Assembly: GCF_947568905.1 (NCBI RefSeq)
Contig: NC_079167.1
Coordinates: forward strand, 53,506,001 to 53,570,000
Direction of reading: 5' to 3'
Origin: Ostrea edulis
Taxonomy: Eukaryota
DNA: 64,000 nt
This document shows, piece by piece, positions 25,824-39,566 of the stretch (the stretch's first letter is position 1; the number at the start of each line of letters is the position of its first letter). A program made the translations under genes and the position numbers. The notes below the pieces were generated by a model, which did not search any database, was not told where the DNA came from, and saw only the letters and a list, made by a program, of their open reading frames with translations.

Positions 25824-26122
25824 GGATGTATGCTACACCAGAGGAATTTGAGGTGGAGGATATGTACAATATTTTGAAATTGAAAACTTTCAAATTTACT
25901 TTATTTAGTCAAAAATGCAATTTAGTAAGAAGCAATTTGAAAGAAAAAAATTAAACTCCTGCTGAACTCAAATCCGCGACCTACAGTTCAGTTTGGTCGA
26001 CATGCTGTCCTACTGAGCTACTCAGCTAAGCGATGGTTTTTGAAACGAATATTTGCTGATATTTGCATTTTCATCCATGTTTTAAAATGAAGTCAGCCAT
26101 TATGACGATGTAGAGTACCTCC
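25824..26122. mobile_element. Kolobok-like MITE (TTAA-flanked) containing a tRNA-like fragment
   Basis: TTAA|GGATGTATGCTAC...GTAGAGTACCTCC|TTAA (imperfect TIR). Confidence 0.6.
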
Positions 26123-26377
26123 TTAAGTGACTTCTGCTTTGACCATTGGTCGGTTTCCCACAATTCCCTTGTAAATCTACAGAGAACGAAGACTAGCTCG
26201 AGCAAATAATGATGCTGCTAACTTTTGGAGACTGAAATGACGCCAAAGCAGTAGATAATCGCGAATAAAGAACACTACTTGAAGAATCATAACATTTGTG
26301 CAAAAAAGGGTTAAATGTGACGAAAGTCGGACTTCAGCTTAAATCTACACTACATTAGAAGGTTTACATATCAATAT

Positions 26378-26415
26378 GATTAATTGAATATTGTTTAACG
26401 TCCCTTTCGAGAATA

Positions 26416-26447
<32 letters not shown>

Positions 26448-26639
26448 TGAAGGGCTGCAAAATTTAGCCCTATGCTCGGCGCTTATAGCCTTTAAGCAGG
26501 GAGGGACCTTTATCGTGCCACACCTACTGTGACATGGGACCTCGGTTTTTGCGGTCTCATCCGAAGGACCGCCACATTTAGTCACAATTTACGACAAGCA
26601 AGGTGTACTGAGGACCTATTCTAACCCGGATCCCCACGA
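26378..26639 (-). mobile_element. SINE (same Meta/Deu-like family as 8580-8821)
   Basis: Reverse complement of the cagtacccttgcttgtcgt...gggacgttaaacaatattcaat body. Confidence 0.8.
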
Positions 26640-27683
26640 GATTATAGTAAATTGACAAATTGTACTATCAATTATTGTTCTCAAGAAAAGGTTGGACAAA
26701 AGGGGGGGGGGGGGATCCCACAAGTTGCCACAACAAATGATAAATTGTTCTTTTCTATATAGATCACACAAATTTGAGTTGAAGTTGCCAGTTTTAAGCA
26801 TGAAACTATCTGTAGTCAGAATATAATGATCGATTTGAATGGAAGCCACTGTAATTTACTAGTTTGTGTCGTTGAAAAGGGAGGTCATGTATTACTTTCA
26901 ACTGCCTTTGTGTGATGTTGAAATATCTTTTCTAAAAAAAAGATTAACCGACTGGCTTAATATCAGTTGTTTGGAAGGGGAAAAAATTATTGTTCTCGAG
27001 AGAATTTTTAGAGGTTTTTACTACATATTTTTTAGTAAAACTTTAATGTAATTTAACCATAATGTGGCCCCGACCTTACCCTACTTCAAGGGCTCATGTT
27101 GTGAACAAATTGAAATCCACATTACATAAAGTTGAATGCATATTAATTTTACAATTTGTATACCCATATGATTCTTGAGAAAAACTATTTTCAAAGAATG
27201 TTCCCACATATTCTCTTGTCAAGCTTATCGAATGCGGACATGTGCAAACCATGTTATCCTCGGCCTGGGAATCACAACTTACAAGTGTCTACACATGTCT
27301 TACAATCAGATGTCTGAATACTTGAAATTGTCCCTTGTAGTTCTTGATCTGATTAAAATCATCCCCTTTGTTGGCAACAAACTCGTCACTTTATATAGTA
27401 ATTTCTAATACCCCCCCCCCCCAATACTTTTGCATACCGGTATATATAATTCGTAGTTGCAGAGCTGTTAGGCCTACCTGCAGCTTTCTGGACAAAAATT
27501 AAGTCTATTTCAATATTGTCCCAAGGAAGAGCTCTAGATATACCTCATACACGTACTTACAAAAAACCAAACCCGTATACCATGCACGTGTATATGATGT
27601 ATATTATATGAAACAACTTGGTCCTTGGCAGGCCTAATTCCTCTTGTTAAGGTAAATCGATGTCCCCCAAATCATAATTTCTG

Positions 27684-27780
27684 TGGAAACGAGGGGGTTA
27701 TTAATATTCAGCCTTTCCTACCCTATCGAGGGCCCGGGGATAGGAAAGATCGAATATAAATATCACCCTCGTTTCCATAG
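27684..27780. repeat. Short fold-back (palindromic MITE-like) upstream of the saposin-like gene
   Basis: tggaaacgagggg..tattc..ctttccta pairs with taggaaag..gaata..ccctcgtttcca. Confidence 0.6.
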
Positions 27781-28002
27781 TCACATCGTTTACAAATTAT
27801 CGATATTCTAGAAAGTTGCAATGTACAGAAAGGCTTCTCAATATTATTTCCAAAAGCAATGAATTTTTCATTACTTTCTATTTATGGGGCAAAACATCCT
27901 AGAGCAAAACCACTAATTCGTACTAGGTACGAAACAACCCGGGGTGAATGCATACTCGGTAATCCTCAGCTTCCGGCATTTGACGATTTGTAGGATAAAA
28001 AG

Positions 28003-31000
28003 ATGGGGTTTTACAAGTTCTTCGTGTACGTCATTTTCTTGTACTTAGTTTCTGCGAAAACTGCAGACAAGGAAACAAAACTTACACCAGGCAAGTGTCT
28101 TCTTTTTGTAACATGTAACTAGACAAATAATACTTTGATATCGGTTTGATCGCCATATCAGATTGTGGATTCGTAGCTGACGTCAAAATGGCGGCATTTG
28201 TTTACATTAACAACTCATGAAAACCTGACTTTTCGAATATTTTCTGAAAGTGACTCTTTATCCATAGTCACTTACTATAACATTGGTCTATGTTTAGCCT
28301 CTGTAGTAATATTGGGGGGATTTGGTTCGGCTTTAATCTTCAGTATTTTTCAGCACCGACACTTTTCGGCACTAAGCCGTTTCGGCACTATGTATCGTCG
28401 ACTGCCCTATTTCGGTGACTGATAACCTTTTGTTTACGTGTGCGCGTTGTCGTTTCCGGGTGTAGATTGCGTCATCAATTTCGCCGTAGTGTTTGCAAAC
28501 ATATATAGAGTACGTATTCAATTTTTTTTCTGAAAATGAACTACTAGAAGGAGCGTATGCAAAAAATCAACACGAGCACCCCCAAAATATGCCCATTTAC
28601 TTATTACTTTTTCAAGCAAACCTTCAAATTAATATAAAGTATACCAAAAGTCTAGAATTCTACACTGTTATTTTATTCATTGACGTTTAGTTGCACATTC
28701 CTCTTGTATATACGTTTTAAAAACAGTTACAAACTTTTGGCAAACCTATTTTTACAATGGTCACCGAAATAGGTGACATCACCGTTTTAGGACCACAAAG
28801 TGACATGTTTTTTGTTACAAAAATATATTCAATTAACGTACCAATGAATTTGGAATTTTTGGATGAAAGTAAAGGAATTTAATTACTTTAAAGGTAGGTG
28901 CATCATCTATTTATTTAATCCAAGTGATTAATGAGAAAATTGCTGTTTATCACTAAGGTCACCGAAACTGGTCAGTCGACGATACAATGTTTTATTGATA
29001 TTGATCCAAGATGTTTGTACAACAGTTTCATTGAAACTAATTAGATCTAAAAGTTTATGTCAATTTCGTTGCCAACTAATACTATTGGTTTGTATATGTA
29101 ACAAAAGCAGTAGCATGAACACTTACAGTTTAGTACATTTTTGTAAGAAGGCTATTTTTTCCCCTGGATATTGTATTTGGGTGAAAACCATCCAGAATTT
29201 ACTTTTAAAATTTTCTGTCTACTTAGTGTTGATTTTGTGTACAATTCTTTTAAAGTTGGGGGTAATTTTTCAATATTTATCCTTGGGTAGAAAAAAATCC
29301 AAGGGATTAAAAACAACAACCAAAAAACATAAACCAATCAAACAATTCTTTTAAAGTTTGAGGGTTTTTAAATATATATCCTTAGGTAAACTTGAATATT
29401 GCAAAAACAAACAAACAAACCTTAGGTAACTTGAATGTTGCAAAACAAACACAAACAAAGAAAAACTATTTGGTGGACTGAGCAATATATATTGTGCTTC
29501 ATGATGTACAGTATTCAAAAACATTACCAAATTTTTCATGAATAACACTAACAACATGATATGGATTGGAGTGATCAAAGAGTGTATATTGTCACCTGTG
29601 TATGGAATCGGTGTACAATCACTATCAACACAAGGGATATATCATTTATAAAGCTTGAATACAATGAGGTCCCTAATATGTTGCCTTGATATTTCCTCTA
29701 AAGAAGATAAATTACCAATAGGCTTTAGTATTTTGGCATTTAGAAGTGAAAATCACAGCCTGGTCATTCAGACCTTAAAAATGGATGTTTCATGTTGTGG
29801 CAGGCAGGTTAAAGAAACCTCACTGCTATGACCGTAAGCGCTAAGCATAGGTCTAAATTTGTGGTTCTTCACCTACAACTGGTGATGTCTTGATATGAGT
29901 GAAAGATTCTCTACGAGATGTAAAACAAACAAATTAACTAGGAGGTTTTAGGATTAAGCCCTGCATGCTCAGACCTTGGCAGTGTTGAACCTAAAATGTA
30001 AAAGAAAATATGCTGTTTGACTGCACCTTCACCAAACACATGGCGATATACATGTAGAAATGACAGAGTGACAGATCTTTCAGATAAGACTTTTAAATCG
30101 GAATTCCCTGTTATAATAAAGAACCTTCACTGCTATGGCTCAGTGCTCTGATGTCTCTTGAATGGGATGTAAAAGACTATGCTAACAAATAAAACAAAAC
30201 CAGGTTAAGTTGATAGACAACAGACATCACATGACAGATAAACAGATCAGTCACAGTGACTCTGGGTTAGAGCGTTCATTTATGACTGGGAAGTTATGTG
30301 GGTTTGAGCTGCTTTTGTACTGTTTCAAACCTAAGATGAAAAAGTAGGTGATTACTGATCCTTTTCCAAATGCTTGGCATTTTGAAGTGAGAGTCAGGGG
30401 TCTTTGGTTGAGATCAAAAAATCTGAGGTCCTGTGTTATATGGCAGGCATTGGCATGATAAAGAACCCTCATTGCTATAGGGCACTTCATCTATAACAAC
30501 TTGTGACATCTCTATATGAGTGAAAATTCTCAAAGAGATGTAATAAAAAAAATTTTTAAAAAAAAATCATACTTATTGGTCTAACTTGTTTAGGAAAGCT
30601 CACTTGAGCTTACAGCTCAAATAAGCTGAAAAGAAAACACATTATGATACACTGTAACAAATTTATTATAGAATTCATGATGTAAATCTTTCAAAAGTAA
30701 GCCTTTATCAACATCTATATTCACCCAGCATAATGTAATATAAAATTATTAGTTTTTTGTGATTGAAAGTTCAATCCTTCATCTATATTATCTGGTTTTA
30801 TGTTGCTTGAACAGAACGTTATTAATGTACAGATTCTTTTTTCCAGCGGGCCTTTGTGCGGGGTGCCAAGCCACTGTGAAAGGTATACATCAAAGACTGA
30901 GTATTTCTCTTGAAGATCAATCAATGTATTTTTCTCCATGTTAGTTATACAAATGATGTTCAAGGGTGGGATGGTGTTGGAATCATCATATCTGTCCATA

Positions 31001-34000
31001 GGTGTTCTTTCTATGAAGATTTACTTTGATGCTATGGATTTAATGAGGACATCTTATATACAGTAAAACATGGTTACAGCAAACACACTTATAATGAATT
31101 CACGTATACAGCAAAGTGATTTTCGTTACCTGTAGTTTTAAAATATAAACTTATTGGATATAACGAATTATGTTTAATAACAAATCAAAATTGTTCTTCC
31201 CTAACTCATCACTATAAGCATATACCCATCCATTACCATTTTTGAGACCTGTGCACCCAGTATTCAGAGTATTGTTCTGAGATATTTATTTCCTTGCAAA
31301 CAAAGGGAGAAGGGTTTTGGAGTAACCATGATAATCATCCCTCTGTCTATGAGTTATAAACAATGAAATTCTAACTAATATGCTTCATGTGACCTGGATT
31401 TCACTGCAAGATTTAAATTCAAGAGAATGGGAGTTTTACTGCAGGAAAATCTGGAACTTTACCTGCTTTAGAGATTGAGAACTTTGGGAAAATCACAAGT
31501 CACATGTATTGCAATTTAGGAATGGTATTGTTGAGACTTTGCGAAGGAGAATTAGTGCATAGAAAATAGCATGAAATCACTTATCGGAATGTTGTATTAA
31601 TTCTCAATTAGAGATCTTAACTTCATAGCAAATGCTGATTTGACTTTAAACGTTTCTGGTTGAATTAGAATTCTTGTACATCTTAAGGATTTTATTGCTT
31701 ATTTTATTATTATTTTAAAGACACCCATACAGATGACAACATTTGTGTCAATCATTAATTCTTCAATTCTTCACTACCATTAATTAATAACTTATAAGTC
31801 ATTACCCACATATAGAAGTCTGTTATTGTTTTTAAGAGAACATTTTTAGGAATTTGACATTGAACCTTTTATAAGTAGAACTTTTAATACCATTTTTCTA
31901 GCAAAAGTTTTGTATGTTTGTTGTATATATTTTCTGAATGTTAAACTTGTTCTTTATTACCAATAACCTCAAGTTAAATACACCGAATAAATAAATGATT
32001 AAAAGCCGGTGACCCATGTCCAATTCAAGCCATCAATCTGGTCAAATCTGGTCAAATAAGTGGATGTTGTTTGATACTGAGCAGGTTGAGTGTAATTACA
32101 GAGAAACCTGTCTAATCCAACATGCACTGGGAGACAAATATTTTTTTACATTGCATGTGTCAGAAAAAACAATGAAAATATGAAATTGAGAATGAAAATA
32201 TGGGTCAGAATGCCCAGTGAAAAACGAATTACACAGGTGTTGGATTAGGCAGTTTTTCGCTGTACTGTACGTAAACTTTTAAGGCATAGAATACAATTCT
32301 TTGATAATATGTAGTGAATATCTAGTACGCTGTTGTCATACTTTGATTTAAATAAAACAAAATACTGATGTACATTATAGATCAGGCTCATTCTTCATGA
32401 GATGTTTGTACGAAAATTCTGTGTATTGACTTTGATAAACATGAAATGATGAATTAAATACATTTTCATTAATAACACCATAGTGGCAAGTATTCGGTAT
32501 TGTTATTTTGCCTTTTAAACTATCACTCTTATTGACAGTTACTGATTAATGAATTAATTGATTAGTTAATAACACCATAATGGCAAGTACAGTACAGAAT
32601 TCAGTATTGTTATTTTGCCATTTAAACTATCACTCTTATTGACTGTTACTGATTAAACTGACTTGAATGCATTAAACATTCCATCAAATATCATGAGTTG
32701 TGCTGCAAGAAAAAACTTCAGCACTGAGTAATATGCAGCAATAAGTGAGACTTCAGAATCAAAATTTGACTCCCCCCAAAAAACCAACTTAAATTCAAGT
32801 ATATATGGTAGTAGAGTTGCAGTCCCAACAGAGACTTTCAGTTTGATAGACCTTACTAAAAATTATGAGTCAGTTGCACTAAACACAAATTTCAATAAAT
32901 TTTTGTAGTTTGAAATAAGAAATGACTTACTTGAGAAAAGCGGCAATTGAATTTAAGTCTGGGCATTTTCTCTGGGTAAGTTGAAAAGGGGGAAGAAACA
33001 ATATTTTCATTTAAACCTTATCTTTACATGATAAAACAATTGTCATTTAGAGTTATCAAGGGTTCTGAAGCATACGACCAATGATCCAATCAGCAAACGA
33101 GTTCCTAAATTGATGTCAACTGTCTGCAAGAAAGAAAACTTCAAACATTATGAAATCACACCATCAGTCATTGAAGAGTCCTGCAAATTGATGATGAGTA
33201 TGTACATGTTTTATAGATAGTGTGTTCTACTAACAAAATTGAAAACACCTTTACAGCTGATGAAAATGAAATATTTTTTTTCAGCTTGGACTGCAGTTGT
33301 ATGCCTTATAGCAATATGATATATATTACAATACTGGAGTCATGATTTATTGTTTTCAATATGGTACATTTTGATAAAGGAAATAATTTTTTGTCAAAGG
33401 ATTTAATTAAAGTATAAATCAAAGTAGTAAACACTGAAACAAACAATTGAATGAAGGTGATAAAACAGCAAAGGTTTACATCAAATGTTGTTGCTTTATG
33501 TTTGTTGTTTGTGTATACAAGTACATTATTTTGTTGTAGAGAACAACGGCACAGCTATAGAAGCTACCTTAGTTAATTACTACAATGCCAAGAGTCGTCA
33601 AGGCCACTCCTACTTGGATATAGTTCAAACAATCTGCAGTGAAGTCACCAAATCTTGCCCTGGTGGCATAGACAATTTCAAGGATAAGCCAAAAGTACAC
33701 AATATATTTCTATGTAAATGCAGAAGTTACTAATCCCAGAAAGGGGAAATATTGTTTTAGTGTGAATTCTTCTTCTTCCACTTCTCATACAAGGTTTGTC
33801 TTTGTCCCGACCATAACAGTTAGGCCTTTGATGTTTGGTATGTGTGTATACCATGATAAGACAGTATGTTGCATATCATTTTTTATGACCTTTGACCTTG
33901 ATCTTTTATGTAAAGGTCTAATAATAGAATTTTAGGGGCATTTTTTTTTTTTGGACCATAACGTTTTTGTTTCTCGACATAGGCCTTTGATATTTAGTAT

Positions 34001-35591
34001 GTCGGCCAGTTTAATTTGCTATCATATGTTCACAACACTATTCCTTGTTTGAAGCACATATACATATAGGTGACTGTTATGTACCATAATTCTAAGTTTG
34101 ACTGTTATGTACTGTAATTCTAAGTTTGACTGTTATGTACCGTAATTCTAAGTTTGACTGTTATGTACCGTAATTATAAGTTTGACTGTTATGTACCGTA
34201 ATTCTAAGTTTGACTGTTATGTACTGTAATTCTAAGTTTGACTGTTATGTACCGTAATTCTAAGTTTGACTGTTATGTACCGTAATTCTAAGTTTGACTG
34301 TTATGTACCGTAATTCTAAATTTTCCACTTTAAAGATGATCCCTGAAAAATGTTTTTTAAAAATTTGGACAATGGAAGGGGAGGCATCAGTTTTAGTGTG
34401 CTGAAACAATTCTTCTTAGTTAATTTATTAATTTATCTCACCTGGTTGAGAGGAATATGTATTGTGTGGACCTAATTTGGACCCATGAATGGACTTAAAA
34501 TATTTTATTATAAAGTGCTACTTTATTTTGATTATGAGTGTATGTTATCTATAATAATATACTGTCGATTCTAAGATAAAAACAGATGAAGTATCATATC
34601 ACTAATGTCTGTAAACATTTTGCGATGACTTGCTGAAGCAAAATTGTTAACAATCTCAAATTCTACCACTGCATACCAAAAATTGGGCCCAGTTCATCAA
34701 ATATTGGAAATTTGAGATATGATACTATAGATATACATTTTGAGGTTCAGCCCCACAGATCCCTTAAGGGAATGGATATAGATCTTTAAATTAATGGAAT
34801 CATTTAAACATAGAAACAATTATTTTCTTTATTATAATATTGATCAAAATATTTCCTAGTCATTTCTAGGGGTCAGTCCCATTGATCCCTTACTGGAAGT
34901 GATTCTGCCTTTTGAATGCTTGGAATGCATTTCAGGGTCTGTAATATTGCAATCATCCCCATGAAGTTTAATATATCTAAACCATGACCCTAAAGGCAAA
35001 AGTGGGATCACAAAAATTACAAAATAATGTTTTAAGTCTAGATATGAAAAATCATCTTATAGATGAATATTCTTTTCAAAAACTAAAAGGAAACAAATTT
35101 TATGCCCTTGAATGGGAGCATACTGTTTGCAATTTTCGCTTTAATCATAACTTTTGAATTATACAATTTAATAGAAAGTTGTAATAAGCTATATATTGAT
35201 AAAGGCAGAACTTAATGTTTCAAAAATTCATCTTGTTCAATTTATTTGCAATAATCCTCATGAAGATTGAAGTTACGTCACACCAAGACAGTGGCAATAG
35301 ACTTAAAAGTTTACATGGGGAAAAAAACTGCTCTGGTAAGCGATATTCCCCATGACCCTCTTGCGAGTATATGACACCACATGATTACTGCCACCACATT
35401 GTCAGAAGGAAAAGAGTGAAAGAATCCATGATTTGTATGATAAAACATTTGTTTACAATGATTTTATTTTTTTTTAACGTTTGTAGCAGGGAGGAATTGT
35501 ATATAACAGGGAAACAGATACTTTTGATGTCATACCAGGGGAGAATGTGAAGATGGTGAGACCTTCCAAGCAGACACACGAAGAACTGTAG
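28003..35591 (+). CDS. Saposin-B-like (Canopy/MZB1/DUF3456-type) ER-luminal protein, 176 aa; exons 28003-28090, 30847-30882, 33051-33197, 33540-33694, 35487-35591
   Basis: Phase-consistent join (1,1,1,0), 531 nt: MGFYKFFVYVIFLYLVSAKTADKETKLTPAGLCAGCQATVKELSRVLKHTTNDPISKRVPKLMSTVCKKENFKHYEITPSVIEESCKLMMKNNGTAIEATLVNYYNAKSRQGHSYLDIVQTICSEVTKSCPGGIDNFKDKPKQGGIVYNRETDTFDVIPGENVKMVRPSKQTHEEL*. Signal peptide, six Cys in saposin spacing, KDEL-like HEEL. The intron 1 donor is GC. Confidence 0.85.
28176..28196 (+). promoter_or_regulatory. CRE-like TGACGTCA and YY1-like AAAATGGCGG motifs near the 5' end of intron 1
   Basis: Sequence gctgacgtcaaaatggcggc. Motif match only. Confidence 0.3.
28395..28982. 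mobile_element. TA-flanked MITE in intron 1
   Basis: TA|TCGTCGACTGCCCTATTTCGGTGAC...GTCACCGAAACTGGTCAGTCGACGA|TA. Confidence 0.75.
29750..30720. mobile_element. Cluster of degenerate SINE and HINE fragments in intron 1
   Basis: Repeated aagaaccttcactgctatg / atatgagtgaaaattctc SINE-tail motifs at ~29815, 30120 and 30460. An inverted HINE end lies at 30720-31000. Confidence 0.5.
34071..34320. repeat. 28-bp minisatellite x9 (gactgttatgtaccgtaattctaagttt) in intron 4
   Basis: Period 28 from 34072 to 34296. Confidence 0.95.
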
Positions 35592-37579
35592 AAACACAAG
35601 ACACTGAACGAAATTTTGGAGAGAGAAAATTCCATAGATGAATTTGATAGAAATAGTACCATTTAACTTCTGTGATATTTCTTTATGTGTATTGCACAAA
35701 ATTTAAAAAGAGAAAGGGGTTAAAAATTACGCTTTTTAAGAAATGGTAGGAAAATAATTTGTTTTGAAATGCATCACTTCAAAATTAAAACTTGGTGTAT
35801 TTTGTGCAAGAATCTGAATGCAAATTTTGTTATTCTCACTTCTATCAAGAGGACATAGAATCAGAATTGTGGCATCATAACATGGATGTTTTGTCATCAT
35901 TTTTATGTGGTGTTTCTTTGTTTTTTTTTTTGTTTTTTTGTTTTACATAAAATTGCTATTTTCATGTAGTCTCTCTTCTAGAAAACATAGAGTGCATGCT
36001 TGGACAAACTTTTTTATTTGCACCATAGATTTACCCTTCCAGTACGTACATGTGATATCAAAATATCTGCACTCTATATTTTCTAAAACAAAAATTGTCA
36101 CGAAAAATAGCATTTGGATTAAATTTGAGTAAGATTGAAAATTTGCATCTTTTTTTTTTTAATGTGATCTTTTCTAAATGACTGTAAACATCAAAGACAA
36201 ATTATATGCAACTGTATTGGATATGGTCTGGTTTAGGAAATACAAGAAGATTTAGTCTTTCTTTAAAACTTTGAAATTTTGATTTTGACAGGGGGTCCAA
36301 AAAGGCCTTTATTGTACATAGTCCTTTAACTTCAACTACAAAGTTAGGGTTGAAGGGAGGGGGGGGGGGGGGGGAGGGGGGGGGGGTTGGAATTGTCATG
36401 TCTGTTACAGGAGATGCATTTAGGTGTGTTTCTCTCCTTACGACATAGAAGTACAAATCAAACAAACTGCTGCAGCTGAGGTACATTTGTGCTTCAATGA
36501 CAGGATCAAGGACAGCATTTAGATCCATTCTCACCATCAGAAAAGTGCAATGCAAACAAAACTTTCTCATATTCACACATCATGGGATGCTTATATTCTA
36601 AATCATGGTTCCTGCATCCGACCTACATTTTGTGCTTTGGCGACTCAGGGTAAGGATTGTATTTTGGTCTTTTCCTAACTTATCACAAATGTTATAACAA
36701 AACTCATCCATGGCTACAGGTGCTCTGTTCAAGGCATTTTAAATTAAATCTATTACCATAGTTTTGAAGATTTAAAACAAAGGTGTCTTTGATTTGGTGT
36801 TTGTGTCCAATAATTCACGATATTGCAAGGGTGTAAAAAAGCATTGGGAGTGTAAAATTTGGGTTTGAGCAATAATTTTGCAAAATGAGTATTGTAGCTT
36901 TACATGGTTACATCGGGGATTATTTAGAAAGGATAGGGTGTTTAAATACACCCAGTGTTAGGTGTGTCCAGTGGGGGTTATTCGTTTTGTTAGTTTTAGG
37001 TTATTCAGTGTTCCTTGAATGCACCGTTAACATGCACAAAGAGGTAGAAATTTAGAGAAATGTAGTTTCCTTGCAGTGAATTTCAAATATGTTAACTATA
37101 TTGCAGTATTTAAAAATGTATACAATCTGTGTGATATCGCAATTTAATTAAAATTTCTCTAACCGTTGCAGTATAACGGTTAGATTGTGTATTATTGCAA
37201 TATTTTTTCAAAAGATTATGAATTAAACAGAAAATTTTGGAAGAGTTTTAGAGTCTTTTAATCTTTTCCCTTAATAATGATTAGGCCTATTTCAGATGAA
37301 CATGGATAATAATTGAAATATGAATAGCAATGACGAATGCCATTCGAGGTAACACATATGCCTTGGAACAGTTGTTTTGTGTACTGCTTGTGAATTGACC
37401 TCTTTATGAAAATGTAATGATACATAAATATTTTTAACTTATGCTTATCTGATTGTATTTATTTTGCATATTGTGTGTACTCTCTTGATTCTGTGTGTTA
37501 TATTGTATTCATTACATATATTTTTATATAGTATATTTACATCTCTGCTGTGATATATAATTCTACAATAAACTTTTTA

Positions 37580-39535
37580 GCTCACTTATGTTGTAGACTC
37601 AACTGAGCTTTTCTGATCAAAATTAGTCCATCATCTGTTCTTGTCCACTCTTCCCATTTTTTATTAAACCAAACATGACACAGAATATCCTTGGTTGAAG
37701 GAGATTCATATTTATTCAAATGAAGAACTGTAGCTTTCTGGGGAAAAGAATAGGGTATACCAGAGGTGTTTATTTTTTGCTTGAGAACTACAGTTCTGCA
37801 GCAAGCCCTCCTCCAACAGGAGATAATTGGCAATAGAATGGCATGTTTAAAAAAATCAATCCCTCCCAAATGACTTGATCAAAAAGCCAAAACTTGCTTG
37901 AAAAACTTTTCTGATATATATGTAAAATGAAGATTCAAATTTGTTCAAACCATGATATGCATGGCCATGGAAGGGACAAAGAGTTTAAAGTTATACATAG
38001 GAATATATAATTTCTGTTTACCTGATTTAGACAGAGGGCTCATGATGGGTGTGACAGGACAACAGGGGATGCTTACTCCCCCTAGGCATCCTATGGTGTT
38101 TCCAGGGGTCTATGTTTGCCTGGATTTCAATTCTGTATGGTTTTTAGGATTTAATTCACCTTTTTCATAGGATAAACCTATGAAAATATAATTTTCAAGA
38201 ACAAGTGTACAATCTGTCAAATTGATATGTGTTTATAGTGTATATTCATTTTGTTTTAAAGCAGTTTTCAGAGTGGGGTCATTATTATAATTGGGGTTTG
38301 GTATAGAATTATAAAGAAAAACGGAAAATGATTGATCTTTACAAAATATGCTTCAAGATCAAGTATTGCAAAAATTGTTGAATTAGTATTCAGGCATCCA
38401 TTGACTAGCATAGATTCAGTTTTGTTTGACCCCGGGGCCAGGGATTGGTCTTGATAGCAGGTTACAGTGAGTGTATTTGATCTGTAAAATTTTCAGAAGT
38501 AAATTTGTGAAATTCCTGGGATCAAGCAGACCACAATTAGGTTTAACATTATGCAAACATACTGGATGTACAGCTTTAAATTCACTCCTGGTTATTTTCA
38601 TGATTTCTTATCAAAATCTATTTTCACAGTGTTCAATTCACAGGTTTCATGTTCATATAATTTTCTCTGCTGTTTTAATTTCTTCAGGTTTTTTTTTTTT
38701 TTTTTTTTTTTGGTCTGAAGAGAAATTTAAAACTTGAAAATAAACATGAAAATAAAGATTACAAGTATACATGTATGATGAGTGTGATTTGGGTGAGCAT
38801 TGTAATCTATGATGATCTCTTACTTGTTTAGTTTTTCCATTTTTGCATAGATTGTAGAATAAAGTTTGAAAACAGCAAACCTTTTTCAAAAGTTTATTTT
38901 TGCATGTTTATGAGCATTAGATTAAAATGAACTGTTAACTTACTTGACTCAGTTGAGTCAAAAGCTCGAGATTTCCAGATCAAAATTAGGATGTGTGTGT
39001 TGGTATGTGAACATCTTATTTTATTAGAATGTGTGTGTTGGTATATGAACATCTCATTTTGATGGGGTATCCCCACTTCATGTTTCTAGATCTCCCAATC
39101 AGTTGCATGTCTAGTTACCAAATTCTGCATCCGTCTTTAGTCTGATACATGATGTGGTAATGTCTGTCCAGGTTTTCTGCACTGCATGTTCTCCCTTAAT
39201 ATTGCTTTCACTGGTTGAATTGAAACTTGTTCTATACCGTCTTTATGGAAAAACTACATGCCATGATCAACATCACCCACATTTTAGCTCACCTGAGCTG
39301 AAGGTTCATTGAGCTTTTCGAATCAAATTTTATCTAGTGTTTGTTTGGCCTAAACTTTTCACATTTTCGGCTTCTCGACAACCTCTGCACCAATTACATG
39401 GAACCAAACAAAGTGTTAACTGGAAGAAGAGGATTTAATGTTATTCAAATATAGGTCCATGTCCCCCTCCAAGAGAGAATACATATGAAATGTTAAAATT
39501 ACGGTGAGGTGTTTACACAACCTAAGTATTAAAGG

Positions 39536-39566
<31 letters not shown>

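Noticed and set aside
31445-31570. Alternative exon 2 candidate for the saposin-like gene (GKSGTLPALE...)
   Set aside because: Does not supply the CxxC in saposin spacing; the 30847-30882 microexon fits phase and fold much better.
36202-36576. 124-aa ORF on the minus strand with a poly-Pro tract
   Set aside because: The Pro run comes from the poly-G tract; no domain or splice support.
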